Virus record (IMG/VR): IMGVR_UViG_3300048886_001448
Span: 1-24,408 of that record
Strand: one strand, 5' to 3'
Length of the DNA stretch: 24,408 nt
Source of the DNA: a virus
Taxonomy: Duplodnaviria > Caudoviricetes
The translations under genes and the position numbers were made by a program. How positions within the stretch are numbered: position 1 is the first letter of the stretch; each line of letters starts with the position of its first letter. Shown in pieces: positions 7,597-16,174 of the stretch. The notes beneath the pieces are model-generated. The model was not told the origin of the DNA. It was given only the letters and a program-made list of their open reading frames with translations, and did not search any database.

Positions 7597-8607
7597 CTAA
7601 AAGTCATCTTCTAGGACTCCCGAACTTTGGTAGTCCTTCACTTTTCTTTCGAAAAAGTTAGTCATTGCTCCCGTGTCGACAACTTCAGACAACCAAGGAA
7701 ACGGGTTGGTGTCGCTATCAAAACGGAAGTCGATACCAATACCTTCGAGCCGTCGATTGCCGATATATTTCATATAGTCAACGAACATCTCAGCATTCAA
7801 TCCCAAGATGCCTCTTGGGAGAACGTCGTGGGCATAATTTATTTCAAGCTCTACAGCTTTTTTGATGTGTTCTACCGTCTCTTCTTCAAACTTTTTTGTC
7901 CACACCGTTGGGTATTGCTCTTTTATTGTGTTGACTAGATAGGTTCCAAATTGAATATGTAGGGTCTCGTCACGCAAAGTGTATCTGATTTGGTCTGATA
8001 ATCCGGGGAGTTTGTTTTGTCTGCCGAGGGCTAGTATCATTGCAAAACCACTAAAGAAAAATGTTCCTTCAGCTAAAAGATAATAGGTAACTAAATTACG
8101 CATAAACTCCCTTTTACCCTCTGTTGTTTTTGTGGAAAAATCCTGACGGTTAACGTCTGTGGTTACGCTCATTAAGAAGTCGTCTTTAGCCTTGATGGAG
8201 GGTATATTGAGATAAGCCTCATAGACTTCAGAAATTTTTAAATTAAAGCTATCGCAACATGTAACTACTGTCCAATTATGAAGTGATTCTTCATAGGCTT
8301 GACGAAGAATATACTGTCTACATTCTGCGTCTGTTACCCACCTATTAACGGTAAGAAGTAGATTGTTTCCAACTAATGACTCGGTCCCAGCAAAGAATCC
8401 CAGCGTCCTTTTTATTAAAAGTTTTTCGTCTTCGGTTAATTCGTTATTTTTCCATTGTTCTATGTCTGTAGACATATTTATTTCTGCGGGGCTCCAGTTG
8501 TTGGCTGTCCCTTTAAGGAACATGTCCCAAGCCTCTGGGTGCTTATGCGGGAGTATTTGGTTTACTCCAGCAACATCTTCTCCAAATATCATGCCATCCT
8601 TACTCAT
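7597..8607 (-). CDS. nrdB: Ribonucleotide reductase beta subunit, class Ic-like (Mn/Fe) signature
   Basis: Metal ligands E76, E107/H110, E180 and E214/H217. Val114 sits at the radical-Tyr position. C-terminal 'NFFERKVKDYQ'. Confidence 0.95.
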   Translation of the reverse strand: MSKDGMIFGEDVAGVNQILPHKHPEAWDMFLKGTANNWSPAEINMSTDIEQWKNNELTEDEKLLIKRTLGFFAGTESLVGNNLLLTVNRWVTDAECRQYILRQAYEESLHNWTVVTCCDSFNLKISEVYEAYLNIPSIKAKDDFLMSVTTDVNRQDFSTKTTEGKREFMRNLVTYYLLAEGTFFFSGFAMILALGRQNKLPGLSDQIRYTLRDETLHIQFGTYLVNTIKEQYPTVWTKKFEEETVEHIKKAVELEINYAHDVLPRGILGLNAEMFVDYMKYIGNRRLEGIGIDFRFDSDTNPFPWLSEVVDTGAMTNFFERKVKDYQSSGVLEDDF

Positions 8608-8861
8608 TCTTCTCCGGGTAAAATTATTTTATTTTCTGGAGGTGGTGTGCCTCCATCTTTCTGGTGGGCTTGAATAGCTTTTAGGGTTTGGTCCGCCCAA
8701 ACTACATTGTGCATGCAAAGCGCGTTTAAAGCTTCTTCGTTCTCCAAGGCTACCGTACCAGCAAGAATATATAGTATAGACGCCGCGTCCTCCATGCCTT
8801 TTTCCTTGTTCAGGGAGATAGCTAGATTTTCTATAAGTTTTAACGTCTTCTTTCGGGTCAT
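8604..8861 (-). CDS. Hypothetical protein between nrdA and nrdB
   Basis: AGGAGG SD (8876..8871) upstream of ATG 8861. Its stop overlaps the nrdB start (ATGA). Confidence 0.7.
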   Translation of the reverse strand: MTRKKTLKLIENLAISLNKEKGMEDAASILYILAGTVALENEEALNALCMHNVVWADQTLKAIQAHQKDGGTPPPENKIILPGEE

Positions 8862-8874
8862 TAAATTGTTCCTC

Positions 8875-11340
8875 CTATTGGCAGCTTTCGCATGAACCAT
8901 CTATGTTGCAAGTCTCAGCAGTAGGCTCAAGACGATCAGTATTACTTGCGTCACTATGATTAGTGAGACTACTAGTCGTAGCTTTTTCAATTTCGCTTGC
9001 ACTTTTATTTCTTAAATAGTATGTAGCTTTTAATCCCAGCTTGTAAGCGTGGAAGTAAAGGTCATTTAAATATTTTAACGAAGTTTTATTATTAAACAAG
9101 TTTAAACTTTGTCCCATGTCTATCCATTTTTGTCTAGCAGCACCACATTCAAGTAGTTTAAACTGATCGTGGTCGAAGGCTGTACAGTATCGTTCCTTTA
9201 GGTCTGCGGGGATGTCTCCGTTTAGGCGTGTTACGTCTCCGTCTACAGACTTTATGGCTTCAATAAGGCCTTGGTTCCATATGCCTCTTTCTTTACACTC
9301 TTTAATGAACCATTCATTCACTATGGTAAGATTCCCGCTCTTGTTTTCGTAAACAAAAAGAACTGAAAAATCTGGCTCAATACATGGAGAGCATCCCTGT
9401 ATGTAGGAGATGGTAGCTGTAGGGGCTATTGCCATCGTGTTGCTATTGCGCATTCCGTGTGCTTTTATGTGAGAGCGAACTTCTTTCCAGTCTAGTTCGG
9501 GACAATATTTTTTCCCTCTGTGAAGGATGGGTTTATAATCTCCTATATATTCCATTAAGTTCTTGTATGTATCCGAAGGAAGTATACCCTGATTCCAGAG
9601 TGAGCCCTCGAATGTGGAGTATTTGCCTTTTTCTTTTGCGAGCTTGCTAGAGTTTAAGATGCAATGATATGAAATAAATTCATAAAGTTCATCAGAAAAC
9701 TTAATGGCTTCATCCGAAGAAAAGCTAACTTTATAAGAATGGAATACGTCTGCCCACCCCATGCTTCCAGCACCAACAGGTCGATGCGCTAGGTTCGCTT
9801 TTTCGGCTTCCTTAGTGGGGTAAAAGTTCAGGTCAATGACATTGTCAAGCATACGCATCTGAACGGCGATGGTTTTTGCCAGTTTTTTGAAGTCCAATTT
9901 ACCACTCTGTTTTAAATGTTCTTTTAAGTTGACTGAACTTAGGTTGCAAACGGCAGTCTCTCCTACTTCGGTCTTTATGCCTTTTTTGTATTTAGATGGC
10001 TTGGTGTGTAGGAAGATTTCGGTGCAAAGATTTGAGCTATGAACCACTCCTTCGTGAGAGTTTGAATACCTCATGTTGGCATTATCCTTAAAAGTCATCC
10101 AAGGATGACCCGTCTCGAAGAGAGACCTGAGCATTTTTTTCCAGAGATCCTTAGCTTTAACGGTTCTGTAGTTAGTTATCTGGCCTTCGTCGGCCTTTTT
10201 GCAGTACTTCTTGTACTTCTTGTCAAAATTTACCCCATAAATCTCATGTAAATCTGGAACATCCGAAGGGGAAAAAAGGTACCAGTCTTTATCTTTGTTA
10301 ACATAATCTAAAAACAAATTAGGTAGCCAGTGAGCTGTATTCATGTCGTGACATCTGCGACGTTCATCTCCGGTGTTCTTTTTTAAATCAAGAAAGTCTT
10401 CTATATCTAGGTGCCAAGGCTCAAGATAAGCGCAGCCAGCGCCGGGACGTTTACCCCCTTGGTTAACTGCCACAAGGAGATCATTATAAATTTTAAGCCA
10501 AGGTACAAGCCCGCTAGAAGTCCCATTTGTTCCTTTGATGTGAGACCCAGAAGAACGAAAATTAGAGACATCAAAACCTAAGCCCCCTGCGTATTTAGAT
10601 TTTCTCGCCTCTTGCCAAGCGCCTTCAAATATGCCATCGATGCTGTCATCGAAAGTGTTGAGATAGCAAGAGCTAAGCTGACTATGAGTAGTCCCACTAT
10701 TAAAAAGAGTGGGTGTAGAAGGGCATAACAAAAATTTTGAAATGGTTTCATAAAATTCTATAGCTTTCTGTTCTTTGTTTTTCTCGTTGAGAGCAAGTCC
10801 CATTGCCACTCTCATCCAGAACGATTGAGGAGCTTCTAGTCTGCGGTCATTAACTCTAAGAAGGTAGCGATCATAAAGGGTCTGCAGTCCAAGATATTTA
10901 AATTGAAAATCTCTACAAAGTTTAAGGGATTCAGAAAGCTTTTTCAAATCAAAGTCTAAAAGTTTTTCAGACAGGATGTCTTCCTTTGCTAAAAGCTTTA
11001 CGTTTTTAATAAACGATAGGCGATACTGATGTTCAAAGGCCTCCTTGTCTACACTGCTGCCGAACACTTCTTTATGTATATTGAAGAGTAGGAGTTTCGA
11101 TGCAACATAATTGTAGTTAGGTTCTTTTTCGATTTTTTGGCGAGCAGAAAGAATTAAAGCTTTGTCAATTTCTTTCGTGGTGATTTTATCATAGAGCTGT
11201 ACGTGGGCGTCAAGGACAACTTCACTAGCAGAAACGTTTTCTAAATTTTCACATGCTCTTTCGGCACATAGATTAATTTTATTGATGTCTAGCTCTTGGA
11301 GTCGCCCATTTCTTTTTTTTACGTAAATAGACTCGCTCAT
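8875..11340 (-). CDS. nrdA: Class I ribonucleotide reductase alpha subunit with ATP cone
   Basis: ATP cone 'VKKRNG', 'TPTLFNSGT', 'LSSCY', 'QGGKRPGA', 'SSNLCTEI', 'AIAPTATIS', 'TYYLR' and C-terminal CESC. Confidence 0.97.
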   Translation of the reverse strand: MSESIYVKKRNGRLQELDINKINLCAERACENLENVSASEVVLDAHVQLYDKITTKEIDKALILSARQKIEKEPNYNYVASKLLLFNIHKEVFGSSVDKEAFEHQYRLSFIKNVKLLAKEDILSEKLLDFDLKKLSESLKLCRDFQFKYLGLQTLYDRYLLRVNDRRLEAPQSFWMRVAMGLALNEKNKEQKAIEFYETISKFLLCPSTPTLFNSGTTHSQLSSCYLNTFDDSIDGIFEGAWQEARKSKYAGGLGFDVSNFRSSGSHIKGTNGTSSGLVPWLKIYNDLLVAVNQGGKRPGAGCAYLEPWHLDIEDFLDLKKNTGDERRRCHDMNTAHWLPNLFLDYVNKDKDWYLFSPSDVPDLHEIYGVNFDKKYKKYCKKADEGQITNYRTVKAKDLWKKMLRSLFETGHPWMTFKDNANMRYSNSHEGVVHSSNLCTEIFLHTKPSKYKKGIKTEVGETAVCNLSSVNLKEHLKQSGKLDFKKLAKTIAVQMRMLDNVIDLNFYPTKEAEKANLAHRPVGAGSMGWADVFHSYKVSFSSDEAIKFSDELYEFISYHCILNSSKLAKEKGKYSTFEGSLWNQGILPSDTYKNLMEYIGDYKPILHRGKKYCPELDWKEVRSHIKAHGMRNSNTMAIAPTATISYIQGCSPCIEPDFSVLFVYENKSGNLTIVNEWFIKECKERGIWNQGLIEAIKSVDGDVTRLNGDIPADLKERYCTAFDHDQFKLLECGAARQKWIDMGQSLNLFNNKTSLKYLNDLYFHAYKLGLKATYYLRNKSASEIEKATTSSLTNHSDASNTDRLEPTAETCNIDGSCESCQ

Positions 11341-11362
11341 TTTGGGGAACCTTCTATAGACT

Positions 11363-11390
11363 ATAGTAACCGTTTTTTTTAGAATTGAAA
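11363..11390 (-). promoter_or_regulatory. Possible promoter TTTCAA-N16-TACTAT upstream of nrdA
   Basis: Weak -35 box, but the same 16-bp spacer as the other promoters. Confidence 0.4.
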
Positions 11391-11403
11391 GACTAAAAGC
11401 GAA

Positions 11404-12705
11404 CTAAATTTCTTTTCCATGAGGAGGAATGATTGAGCGATCTTCACAATGTTTAACCAAGTGAGCCTTGGTGTATCTTATATTATGAAACTCGTGAAAC
11501 TCAGTTGGAAAATAGTCTAATATCCTATTCATTTGAAACCTTACGGGCGGACCTACCTTGGGGTCGCTAATAAATTGTGCCTGCTGTGCTCTTGTGTAGT
11601 ACCAAAAACTATTACTGTTCCAGAAGCTTACGTGCGTCGGGTCTTGAAACGCTCCTCTTCCGTCCGTTGAGGGAACCTCGATTATGGCCCATCCTCCTTC
11701 AGCTAGACATCTGTGGATCTCTTTCATCGTCTGAAGCCCGTCCTTCATGTGTTCTATCGCGTCTTGACATCGGAACACCCCCACCGAGCCATCTTCAAGC
11801 GGCCAATTAGGGTTATCTAAATCAAAAACTATATCATTTTCGTTGAACTTTTGTATGTCTATACCTGTAAACCCTTCGTGTGGTCTACCGCTGCTGCAAA
11901 GATCTATCTTCTTAAGGTTATTTATGTCACTCCATTTCGTGGCCATATCAAGAATGTATTTGTCGTGCAATTCGTGAGTCTTCTCTTGGATTTTTTTATT
12001 TTTTTCACCATAAGCTGTATTCTCTTCGTGAAAATAATATCTGTATAAAGGTTCACGTATGTACTCGACTTTTCCAGATATATACGTTCTGCATACGAGA
12101 TCATAATCGTCACATATATCCATCTCTGGGTCGTGCCCTCCTATGGAGTGGTAAAATTCTTTTCTCCAAGATCTAACGTGGTCAGGCGCATACCAGATAT
12201 AAGAAAAGGATTGCGCGCTTGGTGCGAACGATGGGTGGTAAGGCTTGCCATCGTTCTCTTCTGCTGGCACTTTTTCCCACCCCCATTGTTGGGTAAAGGG
12301 TGTCTGGTATTCTTCTCGACCATCTGGGTGGAGCCTTATGGAGTAGTCGGAGGAATAAACAAAGTCTGCGTTAGTTTCTTCAAATTTTTTAGCGAGTTTC
12401 TCTAAGCAGTCTGGCTCTAGCGCGTCATCGTGATCAAGCTCTACTAAGAATTCCCCCGCCGCAAAATTGCAGCATTCTTTTTTTAGGTACCCTATGTTTT
12501 TGTTAAAGGTTTGAAAGAAATCTACCGTCTTGTAATCTATGCCTGCCGCCTCAACCTTTGAGATTAACGATTCCCTTTCCTTTAGTGCGTCTTGGTTTAG
12601 TAGAATTACCCATTCAAAGTCCTTAAGGGTTTGGCTCTTAAGGCTTTCTATGGTTCTGTCAATGTGCTTTAGGTCGTGAGATGGGGTAAATACAGAGAAT
12701 TTCAT
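11404..12705 (-). CDS. GT2 glycosyltransferase fused to a class I SAM methyltransferase-like domain
   Basis: N-terminal 'FSVFTPSH', 'SLKSQTLKDFEWVI', 'ELDHDD', 'DDYDL'. C-terminal 'KIDLCSS...GIDI...FDLD..WPL', 'DAIEH', 'EIHRCLAEGG', 'QDPTH'. Confidence 0.88.
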   Translation of the reverse strand: MKFSVFTPSHDLKHIDRTIESLKSQTLKDFEWVILLNQDALKERESLISKVEAAGIDYKTVDFFQTFNKNIGYLKKECCNFAAGEFLVELDHDDALEPDCLEKLAKKFEETNADFVYSSDYSIRLHPDGREEYQTPFTQQWGWEKVPAEENDGKPYHPSFAPSAQSFSYIWYAPDHVRSWRKEFYHSIGGHDPEMDICDDYDLVCRTYISGKVEYIREPLYRYYFHEENTAYGEKNKKIQEKTHELHDKYILDMATKWSDINNLKKIDLCSSGRPHEGFTGIDIQKFNENDIVFDLDNPNWPLEDGSVGVFRCQDAIEHMKDGLQTMKEIHRCLAEGGWAIIEVPSTDGRGAFQDPTHVSFWNSNSFWYYTRAQQAQFISDPKVGPPVRFQMNRILDYFPTEFHEFHNIRYTKAHLVKHCEDRSIIPPHGKEI

Positions 12706-13061
12706 AATGTTTTTGGGCCGTTGCCACTTTTGTTTGGGTGAGGTTTACCTGTCTTTTTTTCGTATGACGTAACAGTCTTTTGTTTTACTGGATCTAATCC
12801 TCGAGCCTTCTCTCTTTTCTTGCTTAGGCTCTCCGATAGTTCAGTCATCTCTCCGTGAGTCATGCCTTTTTTAGCTGTATGTCTTAGGAACTCCTTTTCT
12901 GAGAAGGGATCTACGTCTGAATCTATCGCCGCGTTTGGAACATCGAATACCCTTTTCCATTCTATTCCGCTTTCATCAATGTAAACATGGTCTTCTTTCA
13001 TTTTTTGAATGATTTCTATCGTTTCTCCTGTGTCTGGGTGGATGTATTGGTAAGATGGCAT
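12702..13061 (-). CDS. FmdB-like putative regulatory protein lacking Cys
   Basis: 'MPSYQYIHPDTGETIEIIQKM...WKRVF' matches the FmdB MPxYxY pattern but has no cysteines. Confidence 0.6.
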   Translation of the reverse strand: MPSYQYIHPDTGETIEIIQKMKEDHVYIDESGIEWKRVFDVPNAAIDSDVDPFSEKEFLRHTAKKGMTHGEMTELSESLSKKREKARGLDPVKQKTVTSYEKKTGKPHPNKSGNGPKTL

Positions 13062-14143
13062 TATATTTTTCCAAGTTCTTCTACTATTTTATCAGTCATT
13101 CCTTTATAGGTAAAGTCTTTTTGTAGCTGAGTTCCCTGTTCGTTGAGGGGCTTTTCCTTGTATTTATTTATTGCTCGTTCGCATCCGTCTATAAAAGCCT
13201 CTTCGTCCCAGTCAAAAAAATTACCTTGATTGAACCATGCGCCTTTTTTAAAAAAGACATCATCCGTTGAATCAATTTTTCCGTTAGGTTCGACTAGGGT
13301 ACTGTTGGTTTCATTCGCCCATTCTTTGTATCCGTGAGCATTTAAAATTACAGAATGTTTACCTAGCGCTACCGACTGAAACTCTGGCAGACCCCATCCT
13401 TCTCCTCCTGACATACCTATAACGATGTTCCCAGCGTTTAAGAAGTCATTGTAGGTTTCATTTTCGTTCATCCATCTTAGGAATTGTATATTGTAGTAGC
13501 TTTCTCCCTCTAAGCAGGAATCAAAATTACTTTTATTTTCTTCTGGTTTTAGGAAGCCATTCCAAACGGCACACTGTAGGTAATAGTTCTTATTGTTTCC
13601 GTATTTTTTCAACCATGCTTTGATGATTTTTTCATGATGCTTTCTCTTCTCAAACTTTCCGCATAAATTAAAAGTGATTCTATCATCATTGAAATATTTT
13701 TTATTATTTATTCGGAAGTTATAGGAGTCAAAGCCTAGGGGTATAACTCCCACCTCTGCACCGTGCGCTCTGAATATGTCTGCCGTATAACTATTAGTTA
13801 CAAAAGTCTTATTGTTTTTGAGCACGTGAAGCTCTTGAGGCGTAGGGGAATCTGTTTCGTAAAAGGTTAAAAGCATTTGCCTTTCGCTAAAAGATTGAAG
13901 CGAGTCAGAAAGATGCCAAAGCCTGAAGCATGGGTTTTTCCTTTCGTGAAAAAGAGATCGCTTTACACAATCACTTACCCAGCTTTCAAACTCTTCCGAC
14001 GGGCCTTGGGAAGCAAAGGAAACGGAACCAGCCATGGGAAACAAAGCTGGCTCCGATCCTTGAGCGTGTAGCTCTCTAAGGAGAGCAGTACCAATTTGGC
14101 CGAAGGATGTTTCCGTTACCGGAACATTTACGGCAAAATCCAT
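13061..14143 (-). CDS. Glycosyltransferase, GT-B fold (GT4-like)
   Basis: Motifs 'VIPLGFD', 'GKFEKRKH', 'SGGEGWGLPEFQSVALGK'. Confidence 0.88.
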   Translation of the reverse strand: MDFAVNVPVTETSFGQIGTALLRELHAQGSEPALFPMAGSVSFASQGPSEEFESWVSDCVKRSLFHERKNPCFRLWHLSDSLQSFSERQMLLTFYETDSPTPQELHVLKNNKTFVTNSYTADIFRAHGAEVGVIPLGFDSYNFRINNKKYFNDDRITFNLCGKFEKRKHHEKIIKAWLKKYGNNKNYYLQCAVWNGFLKPEENKSNFDSCLEGESYYNIQFLRWMNENETYNDFLNAGNIVIGMSGGEGWGLPEFQSVALGKHSVILNAHGYKEWANETNSTLVEPNGKIDSTDDVFFKKGAWFNQGNFFDWDEEAFIDGCERAINKYKEKPLNEQGTQLQKDFTYKGMTDKIVEELGKI

Positions 14144-14146
14144 GTC

Positions 14147-14428
14147 CTAAAGGACATCTTCAGTTTCTACTTCTGAAGTAACGGTTTCCTCTTGCTTGTT
14201 TGCTCGAGGCTTCTGGTCTTCGACCGTATAAATGCGGAAGTCTGGGTGACTGTCCTTGTTTTTGTGTCGATTAGAAAAGACAACGACCTTTAGGAGTTTT
14301 TCCTCTCCATAGTCGTCAACTTTTACGTGCCCTGAGAAGAATTTTTGGGTGGGGCTTTCCTTTTTCCAAAGGGCACCAACTTCTCTTTTTTGCCAATCTG
14401 TTTTATTATCATTATTATCAGTACTCAT
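14147..14428 (-). CDS. DUF736-like small protein with acidic tail (possible ssDNA-binding)
   Basis: 'VGALWKK...FSG...NRHKNKDSHPDFRIY' and acidic C-terminus EVETEDVL. Confidence 0.6.
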   Translation of the reverse strand: MSTDNNDNKTDWQKREVGALWKKESPTQKFFSGHVKVDDYGEEKLLKVVVFSNRHKNKDSHPDFRIYTVEDQKPRANKQEETVTSEVETEDVL

Positions 14429-14437
14429 GATTGTTTA

Positions 14438-14465
14438 ATCATAACACACCTTTTTAGTATGTCAA
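14438..14465 (-). promoter_or_regulatory. Sigma70-like promoter TTGACA-N16-TATGAT
   Basis: Consensus -35 box and TGn-extended -10 box, 9 nt before ATG 14428. Confidence 0.8.
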
Positions 14466-15079
14466 ATCATATCTTGTAGTTCTTCTGATTTAATTTTTTT
14501 AAACAACATCTCCCTACCTCTGTGGTGAAGGTTGATAGCTGTTTGTGTGCTGGTTTTTATCTTTTTAGCTATGAAACTCCACGTAGGCTTTGTTTTTTCT
14601 TTATAATTTTCAAAATATCTTAGTTCAAAGACCTTGGCTATGCGTTTATCCTTAAGGTTATTTAAAATATTAAAAATATATTCTTTGTCGTATTTATTTT
14701 TAGATTCTTGATCGTAAATTTGCTTAGCTTGGCTGTCCATTACGACCTCCAATAGGTCTTCTTCGGAGGATATTTGATGCTTACCGCTCGAATTAATTAG
14801 TCCAAGACAGTGGTATTTCGTGCAGTTTCCTAGCCATGTCGAAAATTTTGTTTTTCTATTTGGCTTATAGGAGGATATTGCTTTGAATATTACAAAGTCT
14901 TTATCGTTAAGAAGGTCTTGCTTTTTAATTCCCTTTGAATAAGCTACGGGAATGTAGCGTTGACATATCTTGTAGAAAAGTTTCTCGTGTCTGTCTCTGA
15001 GCATTTCGTAGCTTTCATTACATCCATCTTTTTTAACCCTTCTTACTAAAGTATTATCTGCTGGCGTTATCTTTTTCAT
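14462..15079 (-). CDS. RNA polymerase sigma factor (sigma70 family, regions 2 and 4)
   Basis: Region 2 'DLL...IFKAISSYKPNRKTKFSTWL' and region 4 'VFELRYF...TWSFIAKKIKTSTQTAINLHHRG'. Confidence 0.85.
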   Translation of the reverse strand: MKKITPADNTLVRRVKKDGCNESYEMLRDRHEKLFYKICQRYIPVAYSKGIKKQDLLNDKDFVIFKAISSYKPNRKTKFSTWLGNCTKYHCLGLINSSGKHQISSEEDLLEVVMDSQAKQIYDQESKNKYDKEYIFNILNNLKDKRIAKVFELRYFENYKEKTKPTWSFIAKKIKTSTQTAINLHHRGREMLFKKIKSEELQDMI

Positions 15080-15683
15080 GGTCTAAGAGCCACTTCAGAA
15101 AGTTATCAATGTAACTTTCAAGCTCTTCTATTCGACCATCCTTAATAAACTCCCATTCGATTTGAAAGTCACTTTTTTTCTTTATTTTAGGATCATTTCT
15201 GGCTTCTTCAGAGTTAGCTGGATCCTTGAATTTCTTAACAAACGGACCCAAATCAGGCTTGTGTAGGTTTTCAGAACAAAGTTCATATTGAGAAACGTGA
15301 ATCAAAACCCCACCAAGCTCTCTTTGAATCCAGTCTGCTTCGTCATTCTCGTAATCATCATACCTTATGTCAGTAATAATTTTAAACTTAGAATTGTCTC
15401 CCTTAACTACTTTATCATGGAGTTGCTCAATCCAGTGCCTGCCTTTCGACATCTTGCGCTTGGTTGTTCCGTGTGCAACGAGGAGTGGTCTAATGATTTC
15501 CTTTTGATCTCTGTTACAATTAACTGAATCAATATGGTAGTGCATTCTGCACCACTGATTAACTTCTCTTTTCAGTTCGTCAGCCAAAGAGTATTTCTCA
15601 CAGGGGATTCTTTCAGAGAGAAGATCAAAGAAAGTATCTTTTCCTGCTCCTGCAACACCGGATATACCTATTATCTTGTTCAT
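15054..15683 (-). CDS. Deoxynucleoside monophosphate kinase (phage dNMP kinase type)
   Basis: Motifs 'IIGISGVAGAGKDT', 'SLADELK', 'RPLLVAHGT', 'IITDIRY..ENEA'. Confidence 0.85.
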   Translation of the reverse strand: MNKIIGISGVAGAGKDTFFDLLSERIPCEKYSLADELKREVNQWCRMHYHIDSVNCNRDQKEIIRPLLVAHGTTKRKMSKGRHWIEQLHDKVVKGDNSKFKIITDIRYDDYENDEADWIQRELGGVLIHVSQYELCSENLHKPDLGPFVKKFKDPANSEEARNDPKIKKKSDFQIEWEFIKDGRIEELESYIDNFLKWLLDHEKDNASR

Positions 15684-15724
15684 ATATTATATAAAAATTA
15701 TTTAAATTTTAAATCTAACAATCT

Positions 15725-16135
15725 TCGAGTATGACTGCTTATCCTTTAAATTTTTCCTCTGAGCTGAGAAAGCCTGAAGGGCTTTCGAGATAAGAACATA
15801 GCTGTCCACTTGGAAATAAATCTTACTCTTAACAAAGCCGCTTTAGTCCGTCGCGTTAACCTCTTTTAGTCTCGCTCGCTGACTTGTTAAGCTATATTGT
15901 TTTTTGTTTCTGCGGCGGGACTTTTCTTTTGACTGCTTATCCTTTTTCCTCTTGAGAGGATGAAGTTTCTAGCTTAAGTATTGCTACTTACATTGGCCTC
16001 AACTGTCGCTTTTTCCCGAAATAACAGTAAACTTATTAGGTTTAATTGGCCAAGGTCTTTTTACGGGCCTGTGGTCTCTTATGAGTTGAAGTGAGGGTAA
16101 CCCTCACAAGCTATTCACCGCTAACAAAGAACTGG
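15725..16135 (-). ncRNA. Candidate ~410-nt structured non-coding RNA with two tandem modules
   Basis: No ORF of 60 aa or more within it, an upstream promoter, many hairpins including a GCAA tetraloop on the minus strand, and a 16-bp direct repeat. Ends are approximate. Confidence 0.55.
15732..15945. repeat. 16-bp direct repeat TGACTGCTTATCCTTT at 15732..15747 and 15930..15945
   Basis: Exact copies 198 nt apart, each adjoined by TTTTTCCTCT. Confidence 0.9.
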
Positions 16136-16139
16136 TGCT

Positions 16140-16167
16140 AGTATAAAACAACTTTTACGAAAATCAA
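16140..16167 (-). promoter_or_regulatory. Sigma70-like promoter TTGATT-N16-TATACT firing into the non-coding region
   Basis: Hexamers read directly. The nearest downstream CDS start is about 450 nt away. Confidence 0.7.
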
Positions 16168-16174
16168 GTTTTTT

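Noticed and set aside
181-11340. Inteins or introns in dnaB, recA, nrdA and nrdB
   Set aside because: The ORFs are continuous, of ordinary length, with normally spaced motifs.
11352-11368. Imperfect palindrome upstream of nrdA as an NrdR box
   Set aside because: Poor match to the NrdR consensus and no second copy. It overlaps the putative -10 region.
15732-15945. CRISPR mini-array or hammerhead ribozyme reading of the repeats
   Set aside because: There are only two 16-bp copies 198 nt apart, no cas genes are present, and I found no CUGANGA...GAAA hammerhead core around the hairpins.
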